A stretch of DNA of 64,000 nt from Lentisphaeria bacterium (lineage in GTDB: Bacteria; Verrucomicrobiota; Lentisphaeria; JABSQK01; JAWLHB01), in NCBI GenBank assembly GCA_041690595.1, contig JAWLHB010000042.1, positions 1 through 64,000 on the forward strand, written 5' to 3'. Positions 11,901 to 19,334 of the stretch are shown piece after piece. The position numbers and the translations under genes are program-made. Position 1 is the stretch's first letter. Each line of letters opens with the position of its first letter. Below the pieces are notes generated by a model that did no database searches, had not been told where the DNA came from, and saw only the letters and a program-made list of their open reading frames with translations.

Positions 11901-12312
11901 GGTTCTGTCCTCCGGGGGCGACCCGAAGGAGGCGCTCTTTGTGCCGAACCTGAACATGCCGGAGTTCCTGCGCATGGATGGCCGTCCCGTTTTCCGGGTG
12001 GCGGTCAAGAACATGCTGCAGATGCTGCAGCGGGCCTGCAAGCAGAGCGAGCTGACGGTGGCCGATCTGGATCTGGTCATCCCGCACCAGGCGAATCAGC
12101 GCATCATCGAGGCGGTACAGAAGACAGCCAGCATGGCGCCGGAGCGCGTCTATTCCTGCATTGCCAACTATGGCAACACCTCCTCATCGAGCATTCCGCT
12201 TGCCCTGTCGGAGCTGGCGAAAGGCTCGGAGATGCGCGGTAAGCTCGGGCTGACGGCGTTTGGCGCCGGCTTCGCCTTCGGTGCGGCCCTGCTCGATGCG
12301 TCGGATCTGTAA
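8992..12312 (+). CDS. Fusion: TPP-dependent 2-oxoacid dehydrogenase E1alpha + E1beta + lipoyl domain + beta-ketoacyl-ACP synthase III (FabH)
   Basis: GDGGTQQG...HNNNYA TPP motif; E1beta YGQDI, PLSESTIMG, GPFHAQT, LIDLR; lipoyl VEADKA; KAS III triad NAACSGY, PHQAN, YGNTSSSSIP and GAGF. Confidence 0.92.
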   Translation: MDKYLDLYRIVSLNRKLDDKQEALAQSGKIPFYIPTAGHETSAALAPHLRPDDYLFCHYRDVALMLARGYLPENLLAGVLGRAGSSSSGRRMPGFPCSPELRIMDSSTLVGNNALQAAGIAHTIKTREGDQSIVLCSIGDGGTQQGEYLEAIAEAVRWQLPVLFFVHNNNYALSVPTPGKTFFSRGDGLAREFYGIEIVHLEGRNIPAAHERLGQVVGEMRERRHPRIVVLNTERLRSHTYADDHRVYRAEADLKRLSEEMDPLRCFRQYLLDSGVAEATLAEIEQAGQKQIELAATTALAMPVSKGKTEIRCPYVPLRTCPPVGSADAEQLTLLQTIRRVLAHRLEHDDRVVLYGQDIEDPKGDVFGLTRGLSKAYPERVRNSPLSESTIMGVAAGRAFAGDRPVAFLQFADFLPLAYNQIHSELGSIYWRSNGNFEAPVTVLTVSGAYCKGLGPFHAQTPAAAVAHVPGVDVYVPGCAADAAAILNTAMSGNRPSVILLPKVLLNSRAHMATLQDLNVTIRPGEARRVREGSELTLVGYGSTMLVCEEAADHLERAGISVELIDLRCISPWDEEMIVESVSRTGALLIVDEDNKTCGIAGEILATVAERIDRKVKLARECLNDTFIPFEFGRQLEILPTVDTVLERVARMLDLQVEWEEDEQAAAGTLVVKTVGSSPADETVTIMAYHVEVGDVVEEDDLLATVEADKAITEITAPTGGTVTAISLEVGDEVSIGTPMLVLATGVDAEAGPVVETPSERRVHAITRKSAAGAATRASASGKTDVYLSAIAAVPGSRLVLNEELIEHNPVWSASEIEKRTGIRQRYWVGEGETTLSLAERATREVLRMHDLAMEDVDAIICSTGTGGPVSPSMACRLLTSFDLPDSVAIQAHDINAACSGYLYALQQAYDILQFQADAVILIVTSETLSQVLDRTDPGTYFLFGDAATASLVTGTPLPGSKRRLKVSRPVLSSGGDPKEALFVPNLNMPEFLRMDGRPVFRVAVKNMLQMLQRACKQSELTVADLDLVIPHQANQRIIEAVQKTASMAPERVYSCIANYGNTSSSSIPLALSELAKGSEMRGKLGLTAFGAGFAFGAALLDASDL

Positions 12313-12318
12313 GGCGGG

Positions 12319-13260
12319 TCAGGGAGCGGAGATAGCGTCAGCCGCGGCCTTGGCGTCCGCGTAGGCAGCGCTGTCGACATAACCGGGCGGCGGTTCCCAG
12401 ACGGTGCGGAAGCCCACGTGGAAATAGGTTTCGTCCGGTTTGAAGCCGAACCGTTTAGCGCCGGAATAGGTATGCGTGCCGTGGTAGAAGGAGCCTCCCC
12501 GCAAGACCCCGTTCAGGTGGCCGGTGTACGACAGCAGGCGTTCGGCTTCCGGATTGTTCGGGTAGGGCTCGAACCAGTCTGAGGTCCATTCGTAAACATT
12601 GCCGGCCATGTCCAGCGCGCCATAGGGAGATGCTCCGGCCGGCTTGCTTCCCACAGGTTGCATCGATGTCCGCTTGCGGGTTGTCAGATCGACGAAGACG
12701 CCCAGCTCGGTAGTGAGCGGGCTGTTCCCCCAGGGGTAGATACGCCCGTCCGTTCCGCGTGCCGCCTTCTCCCACTGCTTCTCCGTGGGGAGTTGCTTGC
12801 CGCACCAATTGGCGTACTTCTGCGCTTCCGCCCAGAGCACCCGGGTCACCGGGAAACGGTCGTACATCCCCGGCTCCTCTTCCGCCGGCCATTTTGGCGC
12901 CTCCCATGGCGAGACAAAGCCAGTGGCCTCCACAAAGGCCTTCCAGCGCGCCACGGTCACCTCATGCTTGTCGATGAAGTAGCCTTTGGTAAACTCGCGG
13001 CGTCGCGGAAACCATTCCTCGGCAGCGATCGCATGGTAATCCGCATACCCCAGTGACTTTGCATGGGCATCCGCTTCGTCCGCATCCATGCCCATGATGA
13101 ACCAGCCGCTCGGCACGTAGACCATGAGTGCGCCATCCACGGGATGCACAATGGTCGTTCCCGCGGGCGGTTCAGGGGTGGTCGGTTCCTCCCCCCGGAC
13201 GCCCAACGCGGCGCACTGCAGCAGGAGCAGGAGCAGAATGGTCAGCAGGCGAATGGGCAT
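12319..13260 (-). CDS. Formylglycine-generating enzyme (SUMF1) family domain protein, secreted
   Basis: Signal peptide; FIMG, HEVT, LPTEKQWEKAARG, YPWG, DMAGNVYEW, RGGSF, GFR. Confidence 0.9.
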   Translation of the reverse strand: MPIRLLTILLLLLLQCAALGVRGEEPTTPEPPAGTTIVHPVDGALMVYVPSGWFIMGMDADEADAHAKSLGYADYHAIAAEEWFPRRREFTKGYFIDKHEVTVARWKAFVEATGFVSPWEAPKWPAEEEPGMYDRFPVTRVLWAEAQKYANWCGKQLPTEKQWEKAARGTDGRIYPWGNSPLTTELGVFVDLTTRKRTSMQPVGSKPAGASPYGALDMAGNVYEWTSDWFEPYPNNPEAERLLSYTGHLNGVLRGGSFYHGTHTYSGAKRFGFKPDETYFHVGFRTVWEPPPGYVDSAAYADAKAAADAISAP

Positions 13261-13263
13261 GGT

Positions 13264-14289
13264 CTACTCCCGGGCGGGTGATGCCGGCTGCCGCAAGGCT
13301 GCCCGAAAGCGCTTCAACTGATTCTCGAAGTGCGACTTGTCGCCCTTGGCCTCCGCAAAGGCTTTCTCTTCCAGCTCGATTGCCCGCTGGATCTCGCCAT
13401 TCAGGAAGAGGGCCTCAGCCAGAGTATCGGCGATATGCGGCTCCGGCAGGAGCGCGTAGGCTTTCTCGGCCATCGGCAGCGCGCGTTCCGGGTCACGGAG
13501 TTCTTCCTTGCGGGCCGTTGCCAAGAGCCAGGCAAAGTTGTTGAGAATGCCGGCATCGTCAGGCTGACGGCTGACCCTGTAGGTGTAGATGACCAGCAAT
13601 TCTTCTTCCTGCTGAAGCATCTCGGCCAGGACCTGGTACTCGGTCCACGCTCTCTCGTCAAGAGGCTGCCTGATCGCGCGGCGGCGAATTTTGCCAAGCT
13701 CTCGTGCACTGGCTTGATCGAGGACGACACCCGGATCACTGCGGCCGCTACGGAATTGCAGCATCATCAGGGCGATCTGATCGCTCTGCCAGTAGCCGAC
13801 AAGCATCATGACAATGCTCCAGACCAGCAGCGCCGCGAAGCCCAGGCGCCAGCGCCAGCTCTTGCTCGTGCCGTTCGCCCGCGGCTTGTCATGGCCGGGC
13901 GGAATGTACGGCGGTTCCATGTCCGACGCGTCTGCCGGTGAATCGGCGGGATGATCGTCTTCGGCCATCTGTCGCACCAACTCGTCCCGTTCCGCCTGGC
14001 TCCAGGTGGCCATGGCCGAAAACTCGTGCATCAGTCGCTGGACGATCTGATGCATCACGTCGGCATCCAGATCCCGGGCTGCATAGCGAACTTCCTGATA
14101 GAGCACAAGATAGGCGGATACCGTATGCTTGGAGGCCACGCGGTGAGCGGCCAGACGCTGCATGAACTGCTGCAGAGTCAGGTGTGGCGGCCGATGTATG
14201 CCCATCTGGTCCAACTGATCCAGAGGGCGACGGAGCAGAGCGGCAAAGTCGGCAGGCTCCTCAAAATCGGCGGAATGCACCTTAACCAC
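13264..14289 (-). CDS. Membrane protein with DUF4129-like N-terminus and C-terminal TPR
   Basis: LYQEVRYA, one TM helix, LNNFAWLLAT...DTLAEALF TPR motifs. Confidence 0.7.
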   Translation of the reverse strand: MVKVHSADFEEPADFAALLRRPLDQLDQMGIHRPPHLTLQQFMQRLAAHRVASKHTVSAYLVLYQEVRYAARDLDADVMHQIVQRLMHEFSAMATWSQAERDELVRQMAEDDHPADSPADASDMEPPYIPPGHDKPRANGTSKSWRWRLGFAALLVWSIVMMLVGYWQSDQIALMMLQFRSGRSDPGVVLDQASARELGKIRRRAIRQPLDERAWTEYQVLAEMLQQEEELLVIYTYRVSRQPDDAGILNNFAWLLATARKEELRDPERALPMAEKAYALLPEPHIADTLAEALFLNGEIQRAIELEEKAFAEAKGDKSHFENQLKRFRAALRQPASPARE

Positions 14290-14290
14290 C

Positions 14291-15499
14291 TCAGTAAAGG
14301 GAAGAATTGGCAGGCAGAGTCGAGTTTCCGGTTTGGTTACGCAGCGGCCGGATCGTACCGTACAGCGAATCGACCATGTAAAGCTCCTTCTTGCCGTTGT
14401 AGTCGCGCGAGCATACCACGTGGCGTCCGTCCGCCATCCAGGAGGGCGCTTCCCAATTACCCGCGGCGCGAACGAGCACGTTATACTCGCCCTTGCCGGA
14501 GCCGCTCATGTCGATCATCGCGAGGGTGTACTCCGAACCTTCACGAACCGAGAAGACGATGCGATTGGAGACAGGTGACCAGTCCGGCGAGACAGCTTCG
14601 ACGGATGTCTGGAGGAGCTGCACCGGCCGCCCACCTCCGGCGGGCACCATGTAGAGGGTTGGCCGGCTGCTGTACTCGTCGGTTACGTAGCAGATCCGAC
14701 GACTGTCGGGCGCCCAGGTCGGTGAGGCTTCGACGCCGCTCCCCTTGGTCAGCGCCCGTTGCTTGCCGGTGATCAGGTCCATGACAAACATGTTGACCTC
14801 ACCATCGCGACTCAGGGTCATCGCCACTTCGCGCCCGTTCGGTGCGAAGGCCGCGCCGGAGTTCAGGCCGGGACTGGCGGAGAGGCGCCGGTTGCGCCGC
14901 TGCTCCAGATCGACCATGATGATGCTGGTGCGGGTATTCTCGTAAAGCGTATAGAGAAGGTATCGGTTGGTGGGGCTCCAGTCCGGCTCGACGGAGATGC
15001 TGCGGTTGTGCGTCATCTGTACGGCGTCGCTGCCGTCGAAATCGCTCAGCCAGATCTCCTTGTCGCCATTTCCGCTGGTGCGCGTGAAGGCAATGCGAGA
15101 GGCGCACAAGCCGGGGTTCTTGAAGACATCCAGGATCAGCTGGTCGACCGCGCGATGAACCATCCAGACCCAGGCATCTCCCTTGGCGGTTGCCTTGCGG
15201 TTGGACAACGTATCGTTGCCGCTCTTGAGTTGCAGGTGGAGGCTGGGGCTTTCGCCACCCTCCGCGACCACGCTCAACTGGTACTTGGCATCCTTGTCGG
15301 TGACCACCGTGAACCAATCGGAGTACAAGAGGTCGTTCCGAAGCTGCTGGACGATGGTGTCGGAACCCTTGACGGAGACGATGGACAGCGTCGGGTTCTG
15401 CTTGGTGGGATCCTTCTCGACAATGACCTGAGCGAAGAGAGAGCTGCCGCAGGAAAGGGCAAGAAGGAGGACGGTGAAGCGGGCGAAGAATCGTGGCAT
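14291..15499 (-). CDS. tolB: TolB-like periplasmic beta-propeller
   Basis: Signal peptide; RIAF, DFDG, PD40 repeats PDWSP, AFAPNG, PTWAPD, PSWMADG. Confidence 0.8.
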   Translation of the reverse strand: MPRFFARFTVLLLALSCGSSLFAQVIVEKDPTKQNPTLSIVSVKGSDTIVQQLRNDLLYSDWFTVVTDKDAKYQLSVVAEGGESPSLHLQLKSGNDTLSNRKATAKGDAWVWMVHRAVDQLILDVFKNPGLCASRIAFTRTSGNGDKEIWLSDFDGSDAVQMTHNRSISVEPDWSPTNRYLLYTLYENTRTSIIMVDLEQRRNRRLSASPGLNSGAAFAPNGREVAMTLSRDGEVNMFVMDLITGKQRALTKGSGVEASPTWAPDSRRICYVTDEYSSRPTLYMVPAGGGRPVQLLQTSVEAVSPDWSPVSNRIVFSVREGSEYTLAMIDMSGSGKGEYNVLVRAAGNWEAPSWMADGRHVVCSRDYNGKKELYMVDSLYGTIRPLRNQTGNSTLPANSSLY

Positions 15500-15608
15500 G
15501 ATATGGGTTCGGTCTGAAGGGTTGGATGCTGCGTATGGCGGAGTAGAATAACAGGAGCGACAGGAGGGCCGGTTGTCAAGCGGAAGAGGCCAAAAAGGCC
15601 TCGCCACT

Positions 15609-16709
15609 TCAACTGCTGAAACGGAAGCGCATGACATCGCCATCGGCGACGATATAGTCGCGGCCGTGGGTATGGACAAGGCCGTGCTCGCGTAGCTGAC
15701 GGATCGATCCGTGTGCCATCAGCTCGTTGCAACTGAAGACTTCCGCGCTGATGAAACCGGCCTCGAAATCGGTATGGATGACCCCGGCTGCTCGCGGGGC
15801 GGCGGTCCCCTGGCGAACCGTCCAAGCCCGCACCTCGTTCTCGTTGCCGGAGAAGAAGGTGATCAGGCGCAGCAGACGATAGCCCGCCTGGATGAGCCGC
15901 AGGAGGCCGATCTCCCGCAGGCCGAATTCCTCCATGAAGACGGCGCGTTCCGCCTCGTCCAGCATCGCCAGGTCGGCTTCGAGGCGACCGCACAACGCGA
16001 CGGCCTGGGCGCCTTCGCGGGCAGCCAGATCGAAGACCGCTTGCGTGGCCGCGCTCGGTTCCCCCGTCATCGCTTCTTCTTCCCCCGTATTGGCGACATA
16101 GAGGACCTCCTTGCCGGTCAGCAGACAGAGGCTGTTGAGAAGCTCGCGCTCATTGTCGGTCGCCTGGAAATGACGGACGTGATCGCCCTTCGCCAGATGC
16201 TGCTGCAAGCGCTCGAGAAGCGTCACCTCCTGCCGGACTTTCTTGTCTCCGCTCTTCGCCATTCTGGCGGTATGCGCCAGGCGTTTCTCCACCGTCGCCA
16301 GGTCCCGCAACCCAAGCTCGGTGGAGATGATCTCTATATCGTTCAGCGGATCGACGCTCCCGCTGACATGGCTGACCTGCTCATCGGCGAAACAGCGCAC
16401 CACGTGCACGATCGCATCCACCTCCCCGATGTGCGCCAGAAACTGATTTCCCAGTCCCTCGCCCTGGCTGGCCCCTTTCACGAGGCCGGCGATATCGACG
16501 AACTCGATTACCGTTGGCGTCACCTTCTTTGGGGAAAACTCCTTCGCGACCCGCGGCAGCCGCTCATCCGGCACCTCGACGATTCCCACATTCGGCTCGA
16601 CCGTGCAGAACGGATAGTTCTCCGCCGGCACTGCCGATGTCGTCAGCGCGTTGAAAAGCGTCGATTTGCCGACATTCGGCAGCCCGACGATACCACATTT
16701 GAACCCCAT
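15609..16709 (-). CDS. ychF: Redox-regulated ATPase YchF
   Basis: GIVGLPNVGKSTLFNA, NYPFCT, DIAGLV, AAGVIHTDFE. Confidence 0.97.
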   Translation of the reverse strand: MGFKCGIVGLPNVGKSTLFNALTTSAVPAENYPFCTVEPNVGIVEVPDERLPRVAKEFSPKKVTPTVIEFVDIAGLVKGASQGEGLGNQFLAHIGEVDAIVHVVRCFADEQVSHVSGSVDPLNDIEIISTELGLRDLATVEKRLAHTARMAKSGDKKVRQEVTLLERLQQHLAKGDHVRHFQATDNERELLNSLCLLTGKEVLYVANTGEEEAMTGEPSAATQAVFDLAAREGAQAVALCGRLEADLAMLDEAERAVFMEEFGLREIGLLRLIQAGYRLLRLITFFSGNENEVRAWTVRQGTAAPRAAGVIHTDFEAGFISAEVFSCNELMAHGSIRQLREHGLVHTHGRDYIVADGDVMRFRFSS

Positions 16710-16801
16710 TCAGTCGCTCCGCGTAGACGTTGTACGTTGAGCAGCAATGTACCCTGCGCCAGCCTCCCTGGCAAGCGCTGGGCAACGGGATGGATGAACC
16801 C

Positions 16802-17326
16802 TTACCAGGCGTTGTCGTGAACAGCTTCAGGGCGGTAGCGGGTGCGGGGGGGCGGCGACTGTTGCGGCCAGCCGACGGCGATGGCGGCAATCGGGATGAT
16901 GTGCGCGGGAAGTGAGAAGAGTTCGCTGAGATACTCGATGCGTTCCTGCCGGGGATGGACGCCGAGCCAGACCGCGCCGAGCCCGAGCATACTGGCGGCA
17001 AGAAGCAGGTTCTGGATCGCGGCACTGCAATCCTGGAGCATGAAGGAGAGTTCGCCGCTGTGCGCGCGCTCGAGGTCGCCACACACCACAAAGCCCACGG
17101 GCGCATGCGCGATCATCTTGCCATTGGGGAGCGCCTCCGCAATCGCTTCGCGCAAGCTCTGATCGCGTGCCACGATGAAGTGCCACGGATCCTTGGCCAC
17201 TGCCGAGGGCGCAGCCATGGCGGCCTCCAGAAGATCTCTCACAAGCTCGTTCGATACATCACGTTCCGTGAACTGGCGAATGCTGCGACGGGCAAAGAGC
17301 GGAGCGAGGTCGGGATTCATTGTCAT
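16802..17326 (-). CDS. Nitroreductase family protein
   Basis: RRSIRQF, AAPSA..PWHF, QNLLLAA..LGLGAVW. Confidence 0.9.
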   Translation of the reverse strand: MTMNPDLAPLFARRSIRQFTERDVSNELVRDLLEAAMAAPSAVAKDPWHFIVARDQSLREAIAEALPNGKMIAHAPVGFVVCGDLERAHSGELSFMLQDCSAAIQNLLLAASMLGLGAVWLGVHPRQERIEYLSELFSLPAHIIPIAAIAVGWPQQSPPPRTRYRPEAVHDNAW

Positions 17327-17359
17327 CCTGCTGGTTCAGTGTTGGGTGTGTCGTAACGT

Positions 17360-19255
17360 CTACCATGAATCGGTGCGAAAGGGGGAGGCGGGCAGATCGG
17401 CGCTGTTGGTGAGGCTGCACCCTTCGGGATAGTCCTTCCAGGCGTATCGCACAGCCGTCGGTTCGCTCACCTCTGGACTGGATACGAGGATGGTAGCGCC
17501 ATCGATGACCGCGGCGGCGGGCACAAAGCGGCGATCGCTCCCGGCGATTTCAAAGCCGACCAGGGAACCGTCGCCCCGCGCTCTCAGACCATCGCCGGCA
17601 TGCGTGAAGTGGATGCGGATGGCGCCATCCTCGATCGCCATCCCCGCATAAAGAGGACCGCTGTGGACAATCTCCCGCCCATATGTCTGGGCCAGCGCCC
17701 AGAGCGCGAGTCGTTCACCGACGGCTTCCTTGTTCTTCGGATGGATGTCTCCGGGATCGCCGATGTCGATGGCTACGGCCATGCCGGTACCGGGTACGCG
17801 CAACGAGTGGAGTTGGGATTCCCGCAAGCGTGGCCAGTGGTCGGCCAGATTGGTTCGGAAGGCAGCGAGCTGGACGAAGTAGAACGGCAGCTCCTCCCCC
17901 CAGCCGGAGCGCCAGTCGGCAATCAAGGCAGGGAATATCTCCCGGTAGGTCATGGAGGTGTCGGGGTTGGCATTCGCCTCGCCTTGGTACCAGATGACAC
18001 CACGAAGGGTATACGGCTGAAGAGGGGCAATCATGCCGTTGTAGAGGGAGGTCGCGACGCGTGGCGAAAGGCCCTGCAGCTTCAGCTCTGACGACTTGTA
18101 GAGCCATTCGCCGGCAAGCGAGATAGTTTGCGATTCGTCCTCGGCCAGTCTCAGTTTGAGGTTGTTCGGGGAGCCCATGATGCCGCCCCAGCCGATCTTC
18201 ACGGTCCGAACCGCAATCACGGCCCGCCCCCCCTTCATGAGGTCGGCGGGGATCGCGTAATGTCGCACCGCCTGGCTGTGCCTGATGGTGCGTCCGATCT
18301 CCACGCCATTGAACCAGGTCGTCTCGTAGTCATCCACTGCCAGCGAGAGAATGGCCGGCTTTCCCGTCCATCCTTCCGGAACCTCGATACGCTTCCTCGC
18401 CCAGACGACGCCATCGTATTGCATGGGATGAAAAACATAGTCCCAGAAGAGGGGCAGCTTGATGGGCTCCCAGTCGCCATCGTTCAGTGCTGGCTCCATC
18501 CAGTCGTCATCCCGCAGATGCAGGCTTTCCGGCAGGGATCGAGCCTTGGCTGTATCCGCTGCCAGTTCCGCGACTTTGCCGCTCAATACTGAAGCCGCGG
18601 CAAGGCCCTCGGCGCTGATCCACGACTCCGCTCCCGTTCCACCCCAGGCGGACTCGATCAGCCCAATGGGTACCTGCAGTTCCTCGCGCAGACGCTTCCC
18701 GAAGAAGAAGGCGACGGCGGAAAAGCGCGCGGCACTCTGGGGCGAGGCGGCTTTCCAGGCGCCTCCGGTGGTCGCCAGCGGCGCGAGCGCCGTCGTTCGT
18801 GGCACCGCGAAGAGTCGTATCAGGGGATCGTTGGCGGCCGCGACATGGCGGGGGCCATCGGCGGATTGCGCCAACGTCATGGCCATGTTGGATTGCCCGG
18901 AGCAGAGCCAGAGATCGCCAATCAGAATATCCGTCACCCTCAGCTCCCCTGCGCCTGCTCTGGAGGCAGTGACGACCATCTCCGCCGGTTCCTCCGACGC
19001 CGCCATGGGATCCAGCGTGACCTGCCAGTTACCGGCGGCGTCCGCCACGGCGCTTCGGGTCTGATCCTTGAAGGCGACGCTCACCGTGCTGCCTGAATTC
19101 TCCCAGCCCCAGATGACGACCGGCTTGTCGCGCTGCAGGACCATGCCATCGCCGATGACGGAGGGAAGTAGCAGTTCGCCCCGCGCTTCCGCGAGCATGC
19201 CGAGCAGCAGACAGGCAGAAAAGAGGCGGCTGAAGAGGCGGAGTGATAGTCTCAT
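17360..19255 (-). CDS. Sialate O-acetylesterase family (SGNH) protein with inserted sugar-binding domain
   Basis: Signal peptide; SGQSNM, WGGT, WYQGEAN, DIHP, VRYAW, PFRTD. Confidence 0.9.
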   Translation of the reverse strand: MRLSLRLFSRLFSACLLLGMLAEARGELLLPSVIGDGMVLQRDKPVVIWGWENSGSTVSVAFKDQTRSAVADAAGNWQVTLDPMAASEEPAEMVVTASRAGAGELRVTDILIGDLWLCSGQSNMAMTLAQSADGPRHVAAANDPLIRLFAVPRTTALAPLATTGGAWKAASPQSAARFSAVAFFFGKRLREELQVPIGLIESAWGGTGAESWISAEGLAAASVLSGKVAELAADTAKARSLPESLHLRDDDWMEPALNDGDWEPIKLPLFWDYVFHPMQYDGVVWARKRIEVPEGWTGKPAILSLAVDDYETTWFNGVEIGRTIRHSQAVRHYAIPADLMKGGRAVIAVRTVKIGWGGIMGSPNNLKLRLAEDESQTISLAGEWLYKSSELKLQGLSPRVATSLYNGMIAPLQPYTLRGVIWYQGEANANPDTSMTYREIFPALIADWRSGWGEELPFYFVQLAAFRTNLADHWPRLRESQLHSLRVPGTGMAVAIDIGDPGDIHPKNKEAVGERLALWALAQTYGREIVHSGPLYAGMAIEDGAIRIHFTHAGDGLRARGDGSLVGFEIAGSDRRFVPAAAVIDGATILVSSPEVSEPTAVRYAWKDYPEGCSLTNSADLPASPFRTDSW

Positions 19256-19334
19256 ACGCGAAAATTCCGATTTGGCGGCTACATTTCGATGCTGTTGAAT
19301 CCGCCATACTATAGCTACCCAGGGTCTTCAATCC

